A stretch of 63,715 nt of DNA, the filler included, from Vezdaea acicularis (taxonomy: Eukaryota): assembly GCA_026025075.1 (NCBI GenBank). It is 3 parts of 3 records of this genome, joined end to end, with 100 filler letters (N's around TTAATTAATTAA, not from the genome) between each part and the next. Parts side by side here need not be neighbours in the genome. Positions count along the whole stretch, not along the records: positions 24,042 to 47,436 come from JAPEUI010000185.1; 2 more parts are not named here. One strand, written 5' to 3'. The notes below the pieces were generated by a model. The model did not search any database. It was not told where the DNA came from and was given only the letters and a program-made list of their open reading frames with translations. The position numbers and the translations under genes are program-made. Every line of letters starts with the position of its first letter. Position 1 is the first letter of the stretch. This document shows positions 24,561 through 37,891 of the stretch, piece after piece.

Positions 24561-26138
24561 GGCAGCTTCGATACGAGACTAGAGTGCAGCATGTGAAAGC
24601 TGAGTTGAGAAAGGATGGGGGAGAAATTATGATAGATTACTCTAGCGAAATCGGAAGATGGTTGTAAAGAAACGGTAAAGGGGATGAAACGAAAGGTTGA
24701 GCACACAGCGGTGCATCACGAGATTTTGCAAAACATGTAGTGAAATGATCAAGTTTCCATCGTCAATACTTGACTGGTTAGTTGACGAACGGGCATGGCC
24801 TCACAATTCAATGTCTTGATTTCAGAATGGTGGCCATTCAGTATAACTACTCCATCTCCGGGCAGAGGGACTATTTGGCTTCCAGTATGCTCATGGATTT
24901 AAGCTAGGATCTCCATTATCTTTGTTTAGGATTTATATATTTTCTCTTTCTGGCCTAGATGGGCATCGTTTGAAGACGGGCCAGACAAGAATCACGGTCC
25001 CACTGCTTGAATCCTCTGATAAGACCCTCCAACGAAACAGGCACGGGGAATTACTCGCATCCTAGCAGTACTAAACAGGCGTGTCCTACGTGCAACGTAC
25101 GACTGCCAAACACAAGCCGACTAAGAAAATGATAGCAGGGCGCCACCGTTTAGGACAAGAAGCAAAAGAGTTGTCTTCCTGGCTGTAGATTTCCTCGGTA
25201 TAGGCTTTTTACATTCTGAAAGCCACGTGGGAATGGCAGAGCAAGAATCCAGGGATTTCGGCCCAATGGATGGCACTGACTTTCATGCCGGCCTCGAAGC
25301 GACAGTCCGACCAATTATGTATACTTTCGCCAGCTATTTGTAGGAACGTGTGATCCGTCCAGAAAATTGATAAGTCTAAAGGAAACACATGGAGGAAATT
25401 ATGAAAGGTTTGACAACCTTGGAGCCTGGACAAGTGAGCCATGTCACCAGTCCACTTTGAATGCCTCCATACTTATATCAACAGACGTCACGCATCCCAC
25501 CACACAGAAATGCAGAGACTTCAACCGGCGAGTTCCGGCAGCCGCCTCACGAGAGATGCATGGCGTCTACCGGAAACTCGCGGTCTCGCGGTCAGGCGCT
25601 GCAATTACCGCCTTTTAAGAGGGTAGAACTGTCGTTCCTTTTTGAGCGCGAATCTTCACGTGCGTCGACAAATTTTGGGTCAGGGGTCCTTAGCGGGGCG
25701 GTGGAGACGGAATGTGGGGAGCGGATTAGCTGGCCATTCATGTGGCTGGTCTGGCCTCGGCTATGCGAAGGGAGCTTAAGGACCGCACGCAGCATCAACG
25801 GGTCGAGCATGGATGCGACTCGATGACTCCCACCTTTGTTGTACGAACCCACTAACAATTTCAGGAGTCTTTGCGAGGAGTTTGACCTGCTCTCCACATT
25901 GCTCCACCAGCCTCTCGTCTTTGCTACCTACTTCTTCATACTCATCTCAAGCTAGCACAATTCACGTTTTCCATTGTACCTCGGTACATTGTCCAATTGC
26001 GGTCCTCGAACGGCGGAAGCGGGGCATCCGACTGTCAATTGCGTTCACCAAAGTCATCACGTACAAAGTTAAGACACGGTTCACATATAAGGGTATCCGT
26101 TGGGGATTGAAGGCCGATTGGCCTGAATAGTCGCCAAG

Positions 26139-27693
26139 ATGTCATGGAGGGGGACGGAAGCGCTGATGGAGACGATCAAACACTACTCGACCTTTCCGGC
26201 GACGGGCGTGAGTTTGAGGCAGATGGTGCAATTCGGCCAACGGCCATCAGCTGGTACGTATCTTGAGTCTGCTTTAAGTTTGTGCGCTCTTCCAAAGAGG
26301 CTCTCGGTGAATCCGCGGTAGATCTGTTGCTAATCCGGAGAGCATCAGGAACCCTCTTCCGCGCTTCACAATTCCTCTCGGAGGAGCTTCCCATACGGCT
26401 GGCGCATCGGGTCCAAGAGCTATCCAACCTACCAGATGGCCTGAACGAAATGCCGTCGATCAAGAAGGTACGGGATTGGTATGCACAATCCTTCGAAGTA
26501 TGTAAACTCGGTGCGCAGAATAGTGTAAGAGCTGCCAATTGACGTTTTCCCCAGGACCTAACAACTCTCCCCCGCCCACGCCTCGAAAACGACCTGCGAG
26601 ACCGCCTTCTTAAGCCCTTAAAGTCCAACGGGGTACAACGTTCCCCCATCCTCGCCGAAGCAACCAAGAACCCCAGCATTAAACCGGGTAAATATCGTTC
26701 TTCGCCCTGGGAAAGCAACGGCAGTGGCGCAAGTAACGGCGCCGCCAGAAAGGCCTCCGCGACACGCCGCTACTACGCCACCGTGGACGACGGACTCGAC
26801 TGGCCGCCGGAGCTGGAGAACTACAACCGCAAGTTCGCATCCGCCTTGGAGGTGATCAAGCGGCGGCACGACAGCGTCGTGACGACGATCGCGCAGGGCG
26901 TGCTCGAGTACAAGCGCGCGCGGCAACGGATGCAGATCGACGAGACGATCCAAGCGTTCCTCGACCGCTTCTACATGAGCCGGATCGGGATCCGGATGCT
27001 GATCGGGCAGCACGTGGCGCTGACGAACCAGAAACACTCGGCCGAGCCGGACTACGTCGGGATCATCTGCACGAAGACGAACGTCCAGACGCTGGCGCAG
27101 GAGGCGATCGAAAACGCGCGCTTCGTCTGCGAGGACCACTACGGTCTGTTTGACGCCCCCAAGATCCAGCTCATCTGCCGCCCCGAGCTCGAGTTCATGT
27201 ACGTCCCCGGCCATCTGAGTCATATGCTCTTCGAGACGCTGAAGAATTCGCTGCGGGCCGTCGTCGAGACGCATGGCCAGGACAAGGAGGAGTTTCCCGT
27301 CACCAAGGTCGTCGTTGCCGAGGGCAAGGAGGATATCACGATCAAGATCTCGGACGAGGGCGGCGGTATCCCCCGCTCCACTATCCCGCTCGTCTGGACG
27401 TACATGTATACCACCGTCGAGACGACGCCGAGTCTGGACCCGGACTTTGACAAGAGCGATTTCAAGGCGCCGATGGCTGGGTTCGGGTATGGCTTGCCGA
27501 TCAGTAGGCTCTATGCCCGGTACTTTGGCGGGGATCTGAAGCTCATCAGCATGGAAGGGTGAGTTTTGAGGCGTCTTGTTTCGTGGTGTTTGGGCTTTTT
27601 GTGTGTTTGGCTTGCTGACGGTGGCGCAGGTACGGCACGGACGTGTATCTGCATCTGAACCGGCTGAGCTCGAGCTCGGAGCCTCTGCAGTGA
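26139..27693 (+). CDS. Mitochondrial pyruvate dehydrogenase kinase (BCKDK/PDK family), 3 introns
   Basis: GVSLRQMVQFG; ELPIRLAHRV; FLDRFYMSRIGIRMLIGQH; GHKL motifs ETLKNSLRA, ISDEGGGI and AGFGYGLPISRLYARYFGG. Confidence 0.95.
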
Positions 27694-28564
27694 ATGGGTG
27701 CATAGATGGAGGGTCCTTGCTGACGGGTTCGTGGGGGGTTTGGAGGAGACGCCAGCTTGACACCCCCTCCCTCCAAGCACCAGCGCCGCACACCAGCTTT
27801 TGTACATACACACTCCCCCCGTAACCCCTCTCGCTACACCATCACCAACATACCATTCCTTTATTTCTTCCACAACCCCATCCATCCATCCATACCTCGC
27901 CGACGACCCCTAACCCTTACCAATCTCCGACATCTTGCTAGGAAAAGGGGAGACAGTGGAGGGGGGGGAAGGGGCGTTGTTAAGGAGGCGGCGGCGGTCA
28001 TTATCACTGCATTTTTTGCGCACAGCCATCTTTTTATCGTACATAACACAAAGGGGAGGGTGCATATATCCACCTACCCATCCATCCAATATCGTCTCAG
28101 GGCAGGAATGCCATATGACACCCCGCATCCTGCCCACGCATACTCCACGCCTACAGCGTCTCTCCCAACACGGGAACGGGTCTCGTGCGAAAACATCCCC
28201 GCTTGCCGAATACGTCCCTTGGGGTGAGATACGCTGTAACTGTGACTATGGCGTTTGCCCGTCCGTCTGCCCGACCCATCCGCGTCCTTATCCGCGTATT
28301 GATCCGCGTACTCATCAGCGTAAAGAACAGACCGAGCTCACGCGTCCGGAGCGGGTCCGTTCGCGTTTCACTCGTCACCGCTGTGACAGCAGCAGCAGCC
28401 GCCCAACACAGTGCGTGTGGTCCGGCTCAGTACGTGTAGAGAAGGGGTGAGAAGAGCTCGAGTGGCAGAAGACTCGGAGTGGCGGAAGACTTAAGGGTGC
28501 AAGCCGCGAGAAGGTCTGGGCGGTGGATCAATCTGATACATGATACGTGCCCGGGCGCGGGGCA

Positions 28565-29411
28565 CTTCTACTCTCTCTCTTCTCTCTCTGCTTCTCTCTG
28601 GGGTATTTCCTGGCTTAGCCTATCCTAGCTTAGCCTATCCCATCCCATCCCTATCCTATCTTAGCCCGAACTAGCCTGGCCTAAGGGGTGGTGGGGTGGG
28701 TGGATACGTACATACACCTCCACGCAAAATCTACGAGGAAGTGGAGAGAGGGGAAAAGAAGGAGAATAGAGGGACCGTGGGGAGCGGGACGGAAAGTGGC
28801 GGAAAGTGATGCAATGCACGGAAAGTCGAGGCGCGGGAATAGTGTAGTGTAGTGTAGTGTAGTGTGACTCGACGCGACGTGACGCGACTTGATTCAAGAC
28901 GGGGAAGAATCTAAGAAGAATCCGGAGAGTGTGCGCGAAGTGAGGAGTTTCGTGTACGGCTCCTCTCTCCCCGTTTCCTCCGTCCTCGTCCTCTCCGTCC
29001 TGGTCCTTCGTCCTTCGTCCCAACCACGGGAGTACATCTATGGATGGATACGCACAAGACGTAACGACCTTCCCCTGTTATCCTGATGAGGTACCGAGAC
29101 GGACCCACCCTAACAACAGGAGTGTCGAGCGTGGTATCCCCCCCCCCGCGTCCCACGCGCCGAAGTCGCGCAGAGGGTGGTAGGCTAGAGTTGACGGATT
29201 GGGAAGGGGGGGGGTGGTTGGCGGGATTCTTGCTCTTGCTCTTTTGGGGTGGTGGAGGGGAGGGGAGTGGTTAGGTGGTGGGAGAAGGGGATGTGAGGGT
29301 GGGAAAGGGATGGGGGGTGGGGTAGGGCTGGGGCCCTGGGTTTGCACAGGTGTCTGTGGTGTTGGTGGTGTAGGTTACGGGATTGGATGCGATTGGATTG
29401 GATTGGATTGG
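28565..29411. repeat. Microsatellite-rich tract: (CT)n, degenerate 5-mer CTATC/CTAGC array 28612-28685, (AGTGT)5 28841-28865, (GATTG)4 29391-29410
   Basis: Tandem units directly visible. Confidence 0.85.
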
Positions 29412-32400
29412 GATACTGTACTTTACTGTACTCTACTATACGAGACCCTCAGCCTCCCCACTCCCCACTCCTCTTCCTCCCAACATCTCTTCGCCTACAG
29501 TACACCTAGCTCACAGGATCACCCAACTTTCCGCCCATCCTGCGTCGTACGCTCGTTTGCTCACTTATCCGTCTATCTACCTTGTCTCGTCTATCTCTGT
29601 CCTGTCCGTCCCTTTTCGGTACAGAGCAAGCGCATCCGGAAGGCAAAAGTTTGGGGTTTGGTTGTGATGGTGCGGGCGTGCGGGATATATCTCGAAAGAG
29701 GGAGAGAGAGAGGGCAGCGGGGCCTCGGGAACTCACCTCCTTTGGGAACGCGGTTATATTATACCGGGTGTGGCGGCGAGTTCAGTCAGTCGGTCCGTCG
29801 GTCCGCAAGCGAGTCCGCATGTCAGTCCGCAAGCCAGTCCATAGTCCAGACTACATTCAAGGAATTCCGCCATGGAGGAAACAGGCACGCGGCAGAGGAC
29901 GAAGCAGCAGAAAAGCGAAGACGCGGAGGCCGTCAGATCGGGAGTTTTGGGAAGAAAGAAGGGGGGAGGAGGAGAGGACGGTTCCGCGACGGGCCCATGC
30001 AGGTCGGAAGAATGGTGGTCGTGCGCACCAGGCCGAAACGGCGGGCTGCATGGGCCGGAAACGAGGAAAAGTCAAGTTTGCGGAATTTAAAAAAGACGGA
30101 AAAAAGAAAAGAAAAGAAGTAGCGTTTTGGAGGGGAGGGATGGGTGCATGCGAGGGCGACGGTGGTGGTGGCGCCGATGATGATGGAGGAGGCATACTGT
30201 GAGGTGAGGGTTTTCCCAGCGACGGGGAGGGGGGATGTCGCGTGTGGGCGTGCGGGCTGGCGAATCACAAGTCGGCCATGTGCGCGGGGCCGGCGGGTGG
30301 GCGATGGGGTCGTGGATGACTGCAGATATGCAGATGTGCAGTGGTGCAGAAGGGCAATGTGAGATATTGGGGAGAGTGAGAGTGAGAGAGAGAGGGGCAG
30401 AGGGAGAGTGGGAGGGGGCAAGTGCGCCATGCGCCAAGCCAGTCTGCGAGCGGCTGCGCAACGTGCGCGACGTGCGCAAGACCCCCGGCCGGGGGCGCCG
30501 GTGGGATGATGCGCGGAAATGATGCTGATGAGACAGGAATGGAGGGATCGCGGCACCGGAGTCGGGTAGGGCATGGAGGTCGACGGGGGGAAGGGATCCG
30601 ACCGGGCCAGCTGGTGGAGGCGGCGGAGAGGAGAGAGGGAGAGCGTCCGTGTGTGCGGGTGGAGTTGCGACGGGGAAGATGGAATAGATCGATCATTAGG
30701 CGGGCGACGAAATCTGATATCGGCGCACCGAGGCCGGGACGTTTGATGGCCATTCCCGCGGAACCAGAACCAGACCCGGGACCAGATCCAGAACGACAAC
30801 CTCGCGACGGGTCCATACTGGCTGATGGCGTTGATGTTCGCCGCTTCTAGTCGAGCGTGGGCGCGCCCGCGAGACCGTTTGGGAGGGGCCGGCACCACCC
30901 ACGCGAAAAGCCTCTTGCGCTGGTGCAATCACCTGCATCGGAGGCGTCGACGCAGCCAATGCCATCGGCGGAACGGACGACGGTGGATCGGACTCGCGGA
31001 AAATGGCATCTCGCGCCGCGGGCTTGATGCGGTTGCTGCAGCTGCTGCTGCTGGCTGCTGTCGTCGCCGCCGCTTGGCTATACCGCGCTGGGAAGCGATC
31101 GGCCGGCGCGCGACGATCGGAGCGGCTGTCGGTCATTCGCTGGCGGCGTCGCTGGCGTGAGGGTGATCGTCGCTCGTGTGGTTGTTTGTCTTTCCCTGAC
31201 GGCGGCGAAGGGCGAATGAGGGAAAGCGAGAGGGGAAGTGAAGAGGAAGCCGGAAGATGAAGAAGAGACGAAGAGAGACGGCGTGTCGCTCCGGACGGGC
31301 AAGCGAGAGGAAATAGCCGGGTGGCCGCTGGATGGGGGTTCAGCCCTTAGTGCGTTGTGCTTGGCGGTCCTCCGTCCTTATGAGTCGTGCGTGGTGCATC
31401 GCGCTGCCTCGCGCAGCCACCCCAGACCGCCACGGCGAGCCGACGCCCACGGGGACAGCACAACCAGGCGTGAGAGTTATATTGCCCGCGACTTCGCAGC
31501 ACGGGGCGCCTGGCGGCGGACACGGCGACCTCATCGTTATATCACGATCCGCCGTTCTCGCGGCTGCACCGCTGCACGACCGCGCCCCCCCCCGTCCCAG
31601 CACCGGCACCAGCACCAGTACCAGAGCGGCAACTCGCCGGTACTAGGGCGCTACCGAGCGCGCGCAGCTTAAGCGTTCGGCCGGCCAGGGATAACGTGGC
31701 TGGATGGGCGTCGCGAGCGGGCAGGGGGGCCCCCCCCCGAGACACGCGCCGGAGCCAATCCGCGGCCCCGTCCCTGGCCCCTCCATCCTCGCCGCATCCG
31801 CCGGCGGCCCATCCACCGCATCCACCTCCACCACATCCACATTCCTCCGCCGCGCCCCATCCTGTCGCACCCTCTCGCAAACCCCCATCCTGTCGCAGCC
31901 TCCGCGCGCAACATCCTCGTCGCTCGAGCAGAGGGCGGAACGCTAGGCAGGGAAGGGCGGCCTGCGTCGTTGTAAATTTGGGGCTGGGGGGCGCGCGCAC
32001 GCTGCTTGGACCGACGGCCTGTCCGACGCCGCTTTCTTTCCTTCTTTTCTTTCCTGTTCTCCTCTCCGCCCGCGCGCATGCTCGCCCGTGGCCACCACCA
32101 TCATGGCAACTCCACCGCACCACACCCCTCTCCTTCACCCGCGCGCTGCCACCAGCGGCCCTGTCCAACCCTTCCTGTCGCAACGCTCCCGGAGATCAGT
32201 CGAGCCCATCGATCCATCGATCCAATCCGCCCGCCACGCACCGCGAACCGACGAGCCCGCCCAACGCAGAAACCGGGATGCGCATCTCGTCCGCGTGCAT
32301 CTGCATCGTGAGTCGTAAGTCGGCCGAGGACAGGCACGGCCAGCGAGCGCCGCCCTCCCAGGCGAGAGCGCAGGCGTGCCCGTCATCTCATGTTCCAGTC

Positions 32401-32774
32401 GTGGGCGCCGACCCCTGCTGCCTTTGCCGAACCGGCTTAGCCTTAGCAACCCTAACCCACCTGCTTTGGGCACGTCGCTTCCCACCGTCCTTTGCTCTTT
32501 CCCTCCCAGGCCCTCTCCCTCTCATCCTCCCTCTCGCTCGCTCTCTCCCTCTCTCTCCCCTCGCACTCTCATCTCATCCCCCATCATCGTGGCATTCGAC
32601 CAAGCCCGCAACGCCGCGACCCTCCATCGCCGCCCCCATTGCAACACTCCCCCCCCATCGCCCCTCGACGAACCTCGCCGGAGAGCCTCAGACGCGACCG
32701 GCCCTAGCTTACCGTCGAATCCGATCTCGTCTACCAAAGTTGGGGAAATATATCGGAGGCTCGTTATAACCACC

Positions 32775-32801
32775 GCCATCGCCATCGCCATCGCCATCGC
32801 C
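32775..32801. repeat. (GCCATC)4 hexamer repeat upstream of SSN6
   Basis: Directly visible. Confidence 0.85.
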
Positions 32802-33254
32802 AGCCGCCCTCCTCCCTTGGCTGCTCCACTCTCTCGCCCACCCTCATCCACTCCCGCGACGAAAAAGGCACACGAAAATAACATCCAGAGTGACACACTG
32901 CATTTCCTCGTCGATACGGCCGTTTTTTTCGTCTCTCACGTCGTCGGCACGGCGTCGCAGTCAGAGCTGCAGAGCTTCGACGTCCTTGTTTTCCAACACC
33001 CGCCCTTTTTCGCGAGATCCGCTTACACCGACGACGCTGCGAGACCAGAGGACACGGCAATTAAAAGTCTTTGCAACAAGATTTCTGTCATCATACAACC
33101 CATTCAGCGGTGCCTACATCGGGAAGAGTGTTGGGCGCTCGATTTCTTGGTTGCTTCGTCTCGTTTCGCAATCGCATCGCAGCGCAGCGCCAGCTGAGCT
33201 GCTTTTAGGCGTCGCGCGACTCGACGCTTGTCTCCACTTTCCCCCGGTGCGAAC

Positions 33255-36249
33255 ATGGCGAGTCACCCGCAACCGTCTCCACCAGGCCTTCATCAACACC
33301 ACGGACCACATGGTGCCCACCACCATCAGATCAACGGCCACATGCAACCCGGTGGGCAAGCACAACCAAAGACCACCGCGCAGCATCTGGCCGCGATCAA
33401 TGAAGCCACATGGCTCCAGATAGGTAGGCAATGTCGTGCGGAATGCAATGACGGATGAAGAAATGATGCTGACGAAGATAAAATAGGATCGCTTACCGAG
33501 ATTGTGGGTGATATGGACGGTGCATTCAATGCGTACGAGCAAGCCCTGCGTCATAACCAGTGGTCCATCCCCGCGATGAACGGCATGTCGTGCATCTTGA
33601 GGCAGAAGGAACAGTTCAACAAGGCCATTGAGCTGTTGCAGCGGATGCTATCCCTCGATGGGAACAATGGCGAGGTCTGGGGTAGTCTCGGTGAGGACGC
33701 CCGTGCTACAAGCCCCACACGACATCGCCCCGCTGACAAGAATCCTCTAGGGCACTGCTTCCTGATGATTGACGACCTCCAACAAGCGTACTCTGCCTAT
33801 CAGCAGGCACTCTACCACCTGCGCGATCCCAAGGTCTGCTTTCCCCCTTTTGTGACTTCGTGCCCTGGACATCCTATTGATGACCGAGCAGGAACCGAAA
33901 CTGTGGTATGGCATCGGGATCCTGTACGACCGCTACGGATCGCTTGAGCATGCCGAGGAGGCTTTCTCGCAAGTCATGCGGATGCAACCGGACTTTGAGA
34001 AAGCAAACGAGATCTATTTCAGACTCGGGATCATATATAAGCAGCAGCAGAAATACGCTCAGAGCTTAGAGGTATGTCGTCGCCGACGCAGAACTCCTGC
34101 AAACCTCTTGGAAAATGTTTAGCGTTCTGACCATCTCAAAGTGTTTCAAATACATCGTCGCGGACCCACCTCGCCCACTGACGGAAGAGGACATCTGGTT
34201 TCAGATTGGCCATGTCTACGAGCAGCAGAAAGACGTAAGCCCTTGAATCACGTCTTGAACGCAGGTCTCGGACTCTTTCTAACGGGTTGCGTAGTATGAG
34301 GCGGCCAAGAATGCTTACAGAAGAGTGCTTGATCGAGACCCGAACCACGCCAAGGTCCTGCAACAACTCGGTTGGCTGCATCACCAACAGAGCAACAGCT
34401 TCCACAGTCAAGAGCATGCTATCGAGTACCTCGAGAAATCAGTCGCGTCTGGTATGAGACAATGCTCCCGATGTTGAGGAATTAGCCCGCTGACTGGTCC
34501 AACAGACACTACAGATGCCCAGAGCTGGTACCTCTTGGGGCGATGCTACATGTCTCAGCAGAAATACCCAAAGGCATACGAAGCCTACCAACAAGCCGTC
34601 TACCGAGATGGGCGAAACCCAACTTTCTGGTGTTCCATCGGTGTGCTCTACTACCAGATCAACCAGTACCGTGATGCGCTGGATGCGTACTCCCGTGCCA
34701 TCCGTTTGAATCCGTACATCTCGGAGGTCTGGTATGACCTTGGCACCTTGGTAAGTTTGCTGCAGCTCGTTCGCATAGTATATGTTTGATGCTGACAGCG
34801 AATGCGTAGTACGAGTCGTGTAATAATCAGATCAATGATGCGTTGGATGCGTACCAGCGGGCGGCCGAGCTTGATCCTGGCAACATGCACATCAAAGCTC
34901 GTCTGAACCTTCTACGAAATGGCCAATCCGTCGGTCAGAATCCTGCTCCGCCGCCACGAGACATCCATCCACAAGCCTACCAGGCGGCTGGTGTTGCCGG
35001 ACCCCCTGGACCTCAGTGGGGAGCATCGTCTCATCCACCTCAAGCGCCTCAAGCAGGTCCACCGGGTGCCGAGAGGGATTGGAATCAACGACTCGCCAGC
35101 ATTCAGACTCCCCTACCCCCTCAGCCGCCCTTGAACAACTATGACCAGCGGGATGGAATAAGGCCACCGCCACCACCACCACCACCAGCCGCGCAAATAC
35201 GCCAGCCGAGCCCAAGGCAAGAGCAGCAGATGCGACAATATCAAGAGCCGAGCCGTCATACCCCTATTCGTCGTGGCGTATCACCCTCGCCAAAGATGAA
35301 TCATGCGCCGGCGCCGGCGCCGCCTCCGCCGCCACCACCGAGCGTGTACCCTCCGCATCTACCCCCACAACAAGCCCCACCACCACAGACCCGTATCGCC
35401 AACCCCAACTACGGCGCGCCTACCGGTAATATCCTGCCACCTACCTCCAATGGAGGAAGTGTGTCCAACGTTCCTGGACCCGGCCCGATGCCTCCATACG
35501 GCCGCGGCAATAGTCCACCACCGGAAGTAAGACCGATCGTTGAAGATGGAGGACCGTCGCCCAACTCTGGTTATCCCCATCAGCAATATCAGCACAACCC
35601 CAATCCTAGTCAATCGAGTGGGATTGCGGCGGGGGCGCCGCCGCCGGCCGCTGCGTTGGCTGCTGCCGAGGAAGCTGCTCGCCAGCGTGACGATCGGCCA
35701 CCCTCCGCACTGAAGCGAGTGCGGGAATGGGAGGATGACCACCCGATGAAGAAGCCTGCAAACGACGAGAATCGGATAAGGATGGACGACCGATATCATC
35801 GTCGTCCGACCCCTCCAGACCGCATGCCGTCTCCGCGGGACACCCAGCACCGAAGCATCTCCGAGGCTCAACGTCTGGAGGACCAGCGTCGAGCAAATGA
35901 GAGCTATCACCCCTCAGAGGCCGCTCATCATCCACCTACCATTCCAGCAATGAACCATGCGCCACCACCCCACCTCGTGTCCAGTCAAACGCCGTCTCAA
36001 CCTTCTCAGCTGTCACAGCCGCCGCCGTTACCGCCGATGTCCGACGCCCCGAAGGAGGAAAGACCACGCGAGCACGAGCCTGCGATCAGGCCGATGGACG
36101 TGGATGAGAACTATGATGACGACGGCGAAGAAGACAAGAAGATGGGACCATCTGCTCAGTTTGGCGCCGACAGCCGTGGCCTACCTGGCGCCAACGGCGC
36201 GAGCAACGGCATGGCGAACGGGCAGCCCAAGGTCGAGCCTGTCGCCTAG
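33255..36249 (+). CDS. SSN6: General transcriptional corepressor Ssn6/Cyc8 (TPR protein), ~7 introns
   Basis: TPRs AYEQALRHN, GHCFLMIDDLQQAYSAYQQALYH, EPKLWYGIGILYDRYG, YQQAVYRDGRNPTFWCSIGVLYYQINQYRDALDAYSRAIRLNP; Pro/Gln-rich tail with MDVDENYDD. Confidence 0.96.
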
Positions 36250-37891
36250 ACGTTTGTTCGTATTGCATACTATCGCTCATCACTTTGACCATCTGGCGCG
36301 ACTGGGGATCTTTAGCGTACCTTGCTTTTTTCCTTTTCTTTTCCACACTCGGTGGAAGCGATCAAGCCGTTTGGTCCAAGGGAAAAAGGGGGGGGGCGGG
36401 GTGACATGTCTTTTTATGAATTTCGAATCATCCCAAAAATGCACGTTGGTCGAATTGTGGTATTCACTCATGTCCTTTTCCTTGTCTCCATTGAATGCCG
36501 TTTGAGGTTTTCACTCCGTCACGTTTCTACTAGCTGGCACGGTGTTTGCTATCTTTTGTCCCTTGTCATCTTGCTTACTTGATCTGATGCGATGTGATGT
36601 GACGAAGCGGTCTGATGGCTGGGGAGCGGGGACAGGCACGGGAACATGGCCAAGGGCGGGGCACCACCGTTTGATCTGTTCGTCTGCTTGCATGCTGCAG
36701 AGTTCTAGCTGTAGGACTGTATGTAGCCTGCTCGGCTACCACCACACGCAAAATTCGATCGTAGGAAAAGAAATGAGAAATATTCCCCTCGAAGTTTACT
36801 GCATTCCCTTCCTCATTTCCCCCCACATTTGTGTCCTGCGCCATATTCGTGGGTCTTCGTTGAAGTAAGAGGGGAGGAACGGTGTACGGCATAAATGGAC
36901 TTAAGCCAAGCTATAGGGGGAACGGAAGGGGTAAAATATCGGAGGGGCAAGAGAATGGTCATGTATGGGTGAGAGCTATGAGGTGGTTGGGAGGGGGGCG
37001 TCTGGGTGCTTCTGGAATGGGGAGAACGGTCCTGGATGGTTTGGGTGCAGGCGGGGAGGGGTTTGGGATCGTTCTCTGGGGTTTGCAGTGACATGTTTGA
37101 AGGGAGATGTGCATAGGAAAACGATAGCCCATCTGTGCTATCCTTTGTAGTGTGGACGTCTTTGCGCTGTTTTGTTCATTCATCCATGGTTGAGCTATCA
37201 GAGGTAGGAGATTCTGCCGTACGTACACTTGCCGGCAACCGAACAAGGGGAATGAACTCGCATGCCAAGGCTCCATCGCTCGAACTACTTTGGAATCTCG
37301 GACCTCTGACTGGCCCCACCCCTTCCGTCCGGGCATACAGTCGCTGCAGCGAGCGCCCAGCCTTTTTCCCCTCCACCGGTCTTGGTATTTCTTGGCCGGC
37401 CCCACCCACCTGCTTCCTCTGTCCTCTTTGCCAAGGCTTTAAGAGGGACAGAACCCTCTTGCCAAGGCTTTTTGCGTTCTGTCCGTCCCGCCGCCAGCTG
37501 GTGGTTAGGGCTACCTTCCTGCGTTTCGCGCGCTCTGCCGTCACCGCCCAGAACCATTGCACCGGCGCCGAGAGAGATGGCGACGAAAATGTTCCCACCG
37601 GGCGCCCGTTCGCTTGGCGGACACAGCCAAGAGACTTGGTGACACTCCAACCGTGACTTGCTGCTGCTGCTGCTTTCTCTTGGGAGCCAGATGCTGAGAT
37701 GATGAGGTCGGGGGCAGCGTTATAGACTGCGGCGCTCGCTCATCATGCCGGTTCTTCTCTAAATCCTGCGATTTTTCTTTGCTGCTGGTCCCACTTCTTC
37801 TTTGTTGTCGTTGTTCGTCGTTCGATTTCTGTGGGAAGTAGCTGCGGGACTTTCTACTTCGACGATAGAAACATCGTTGCGGACACTGGTG

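Noticed and set aside
26618..27811. 397-aa minus-strand ORF
   Set aside because: Antisense shadow of the high-GC3 PDK exon. The same applies to the antisense ORFs over RPL3 and prenylcysteine oxidase.
31003..31260. 85-aa ORF with a signal-peptide-like LLQLLLLAAVVAAAW
   Set aside because: The hydrophobic run derives from a CTG/GCC triplet repeat, and there is no other coding support.
29199..33197. Long ORFs of 200-357 aa in the SSN6 upstream region
   Set aside because: They overlap on both strands, are Arg/Pro/Gly/Ala-rich, run through microsatellites and show no motifs, as expected from stop-codon scarcity at high GC.
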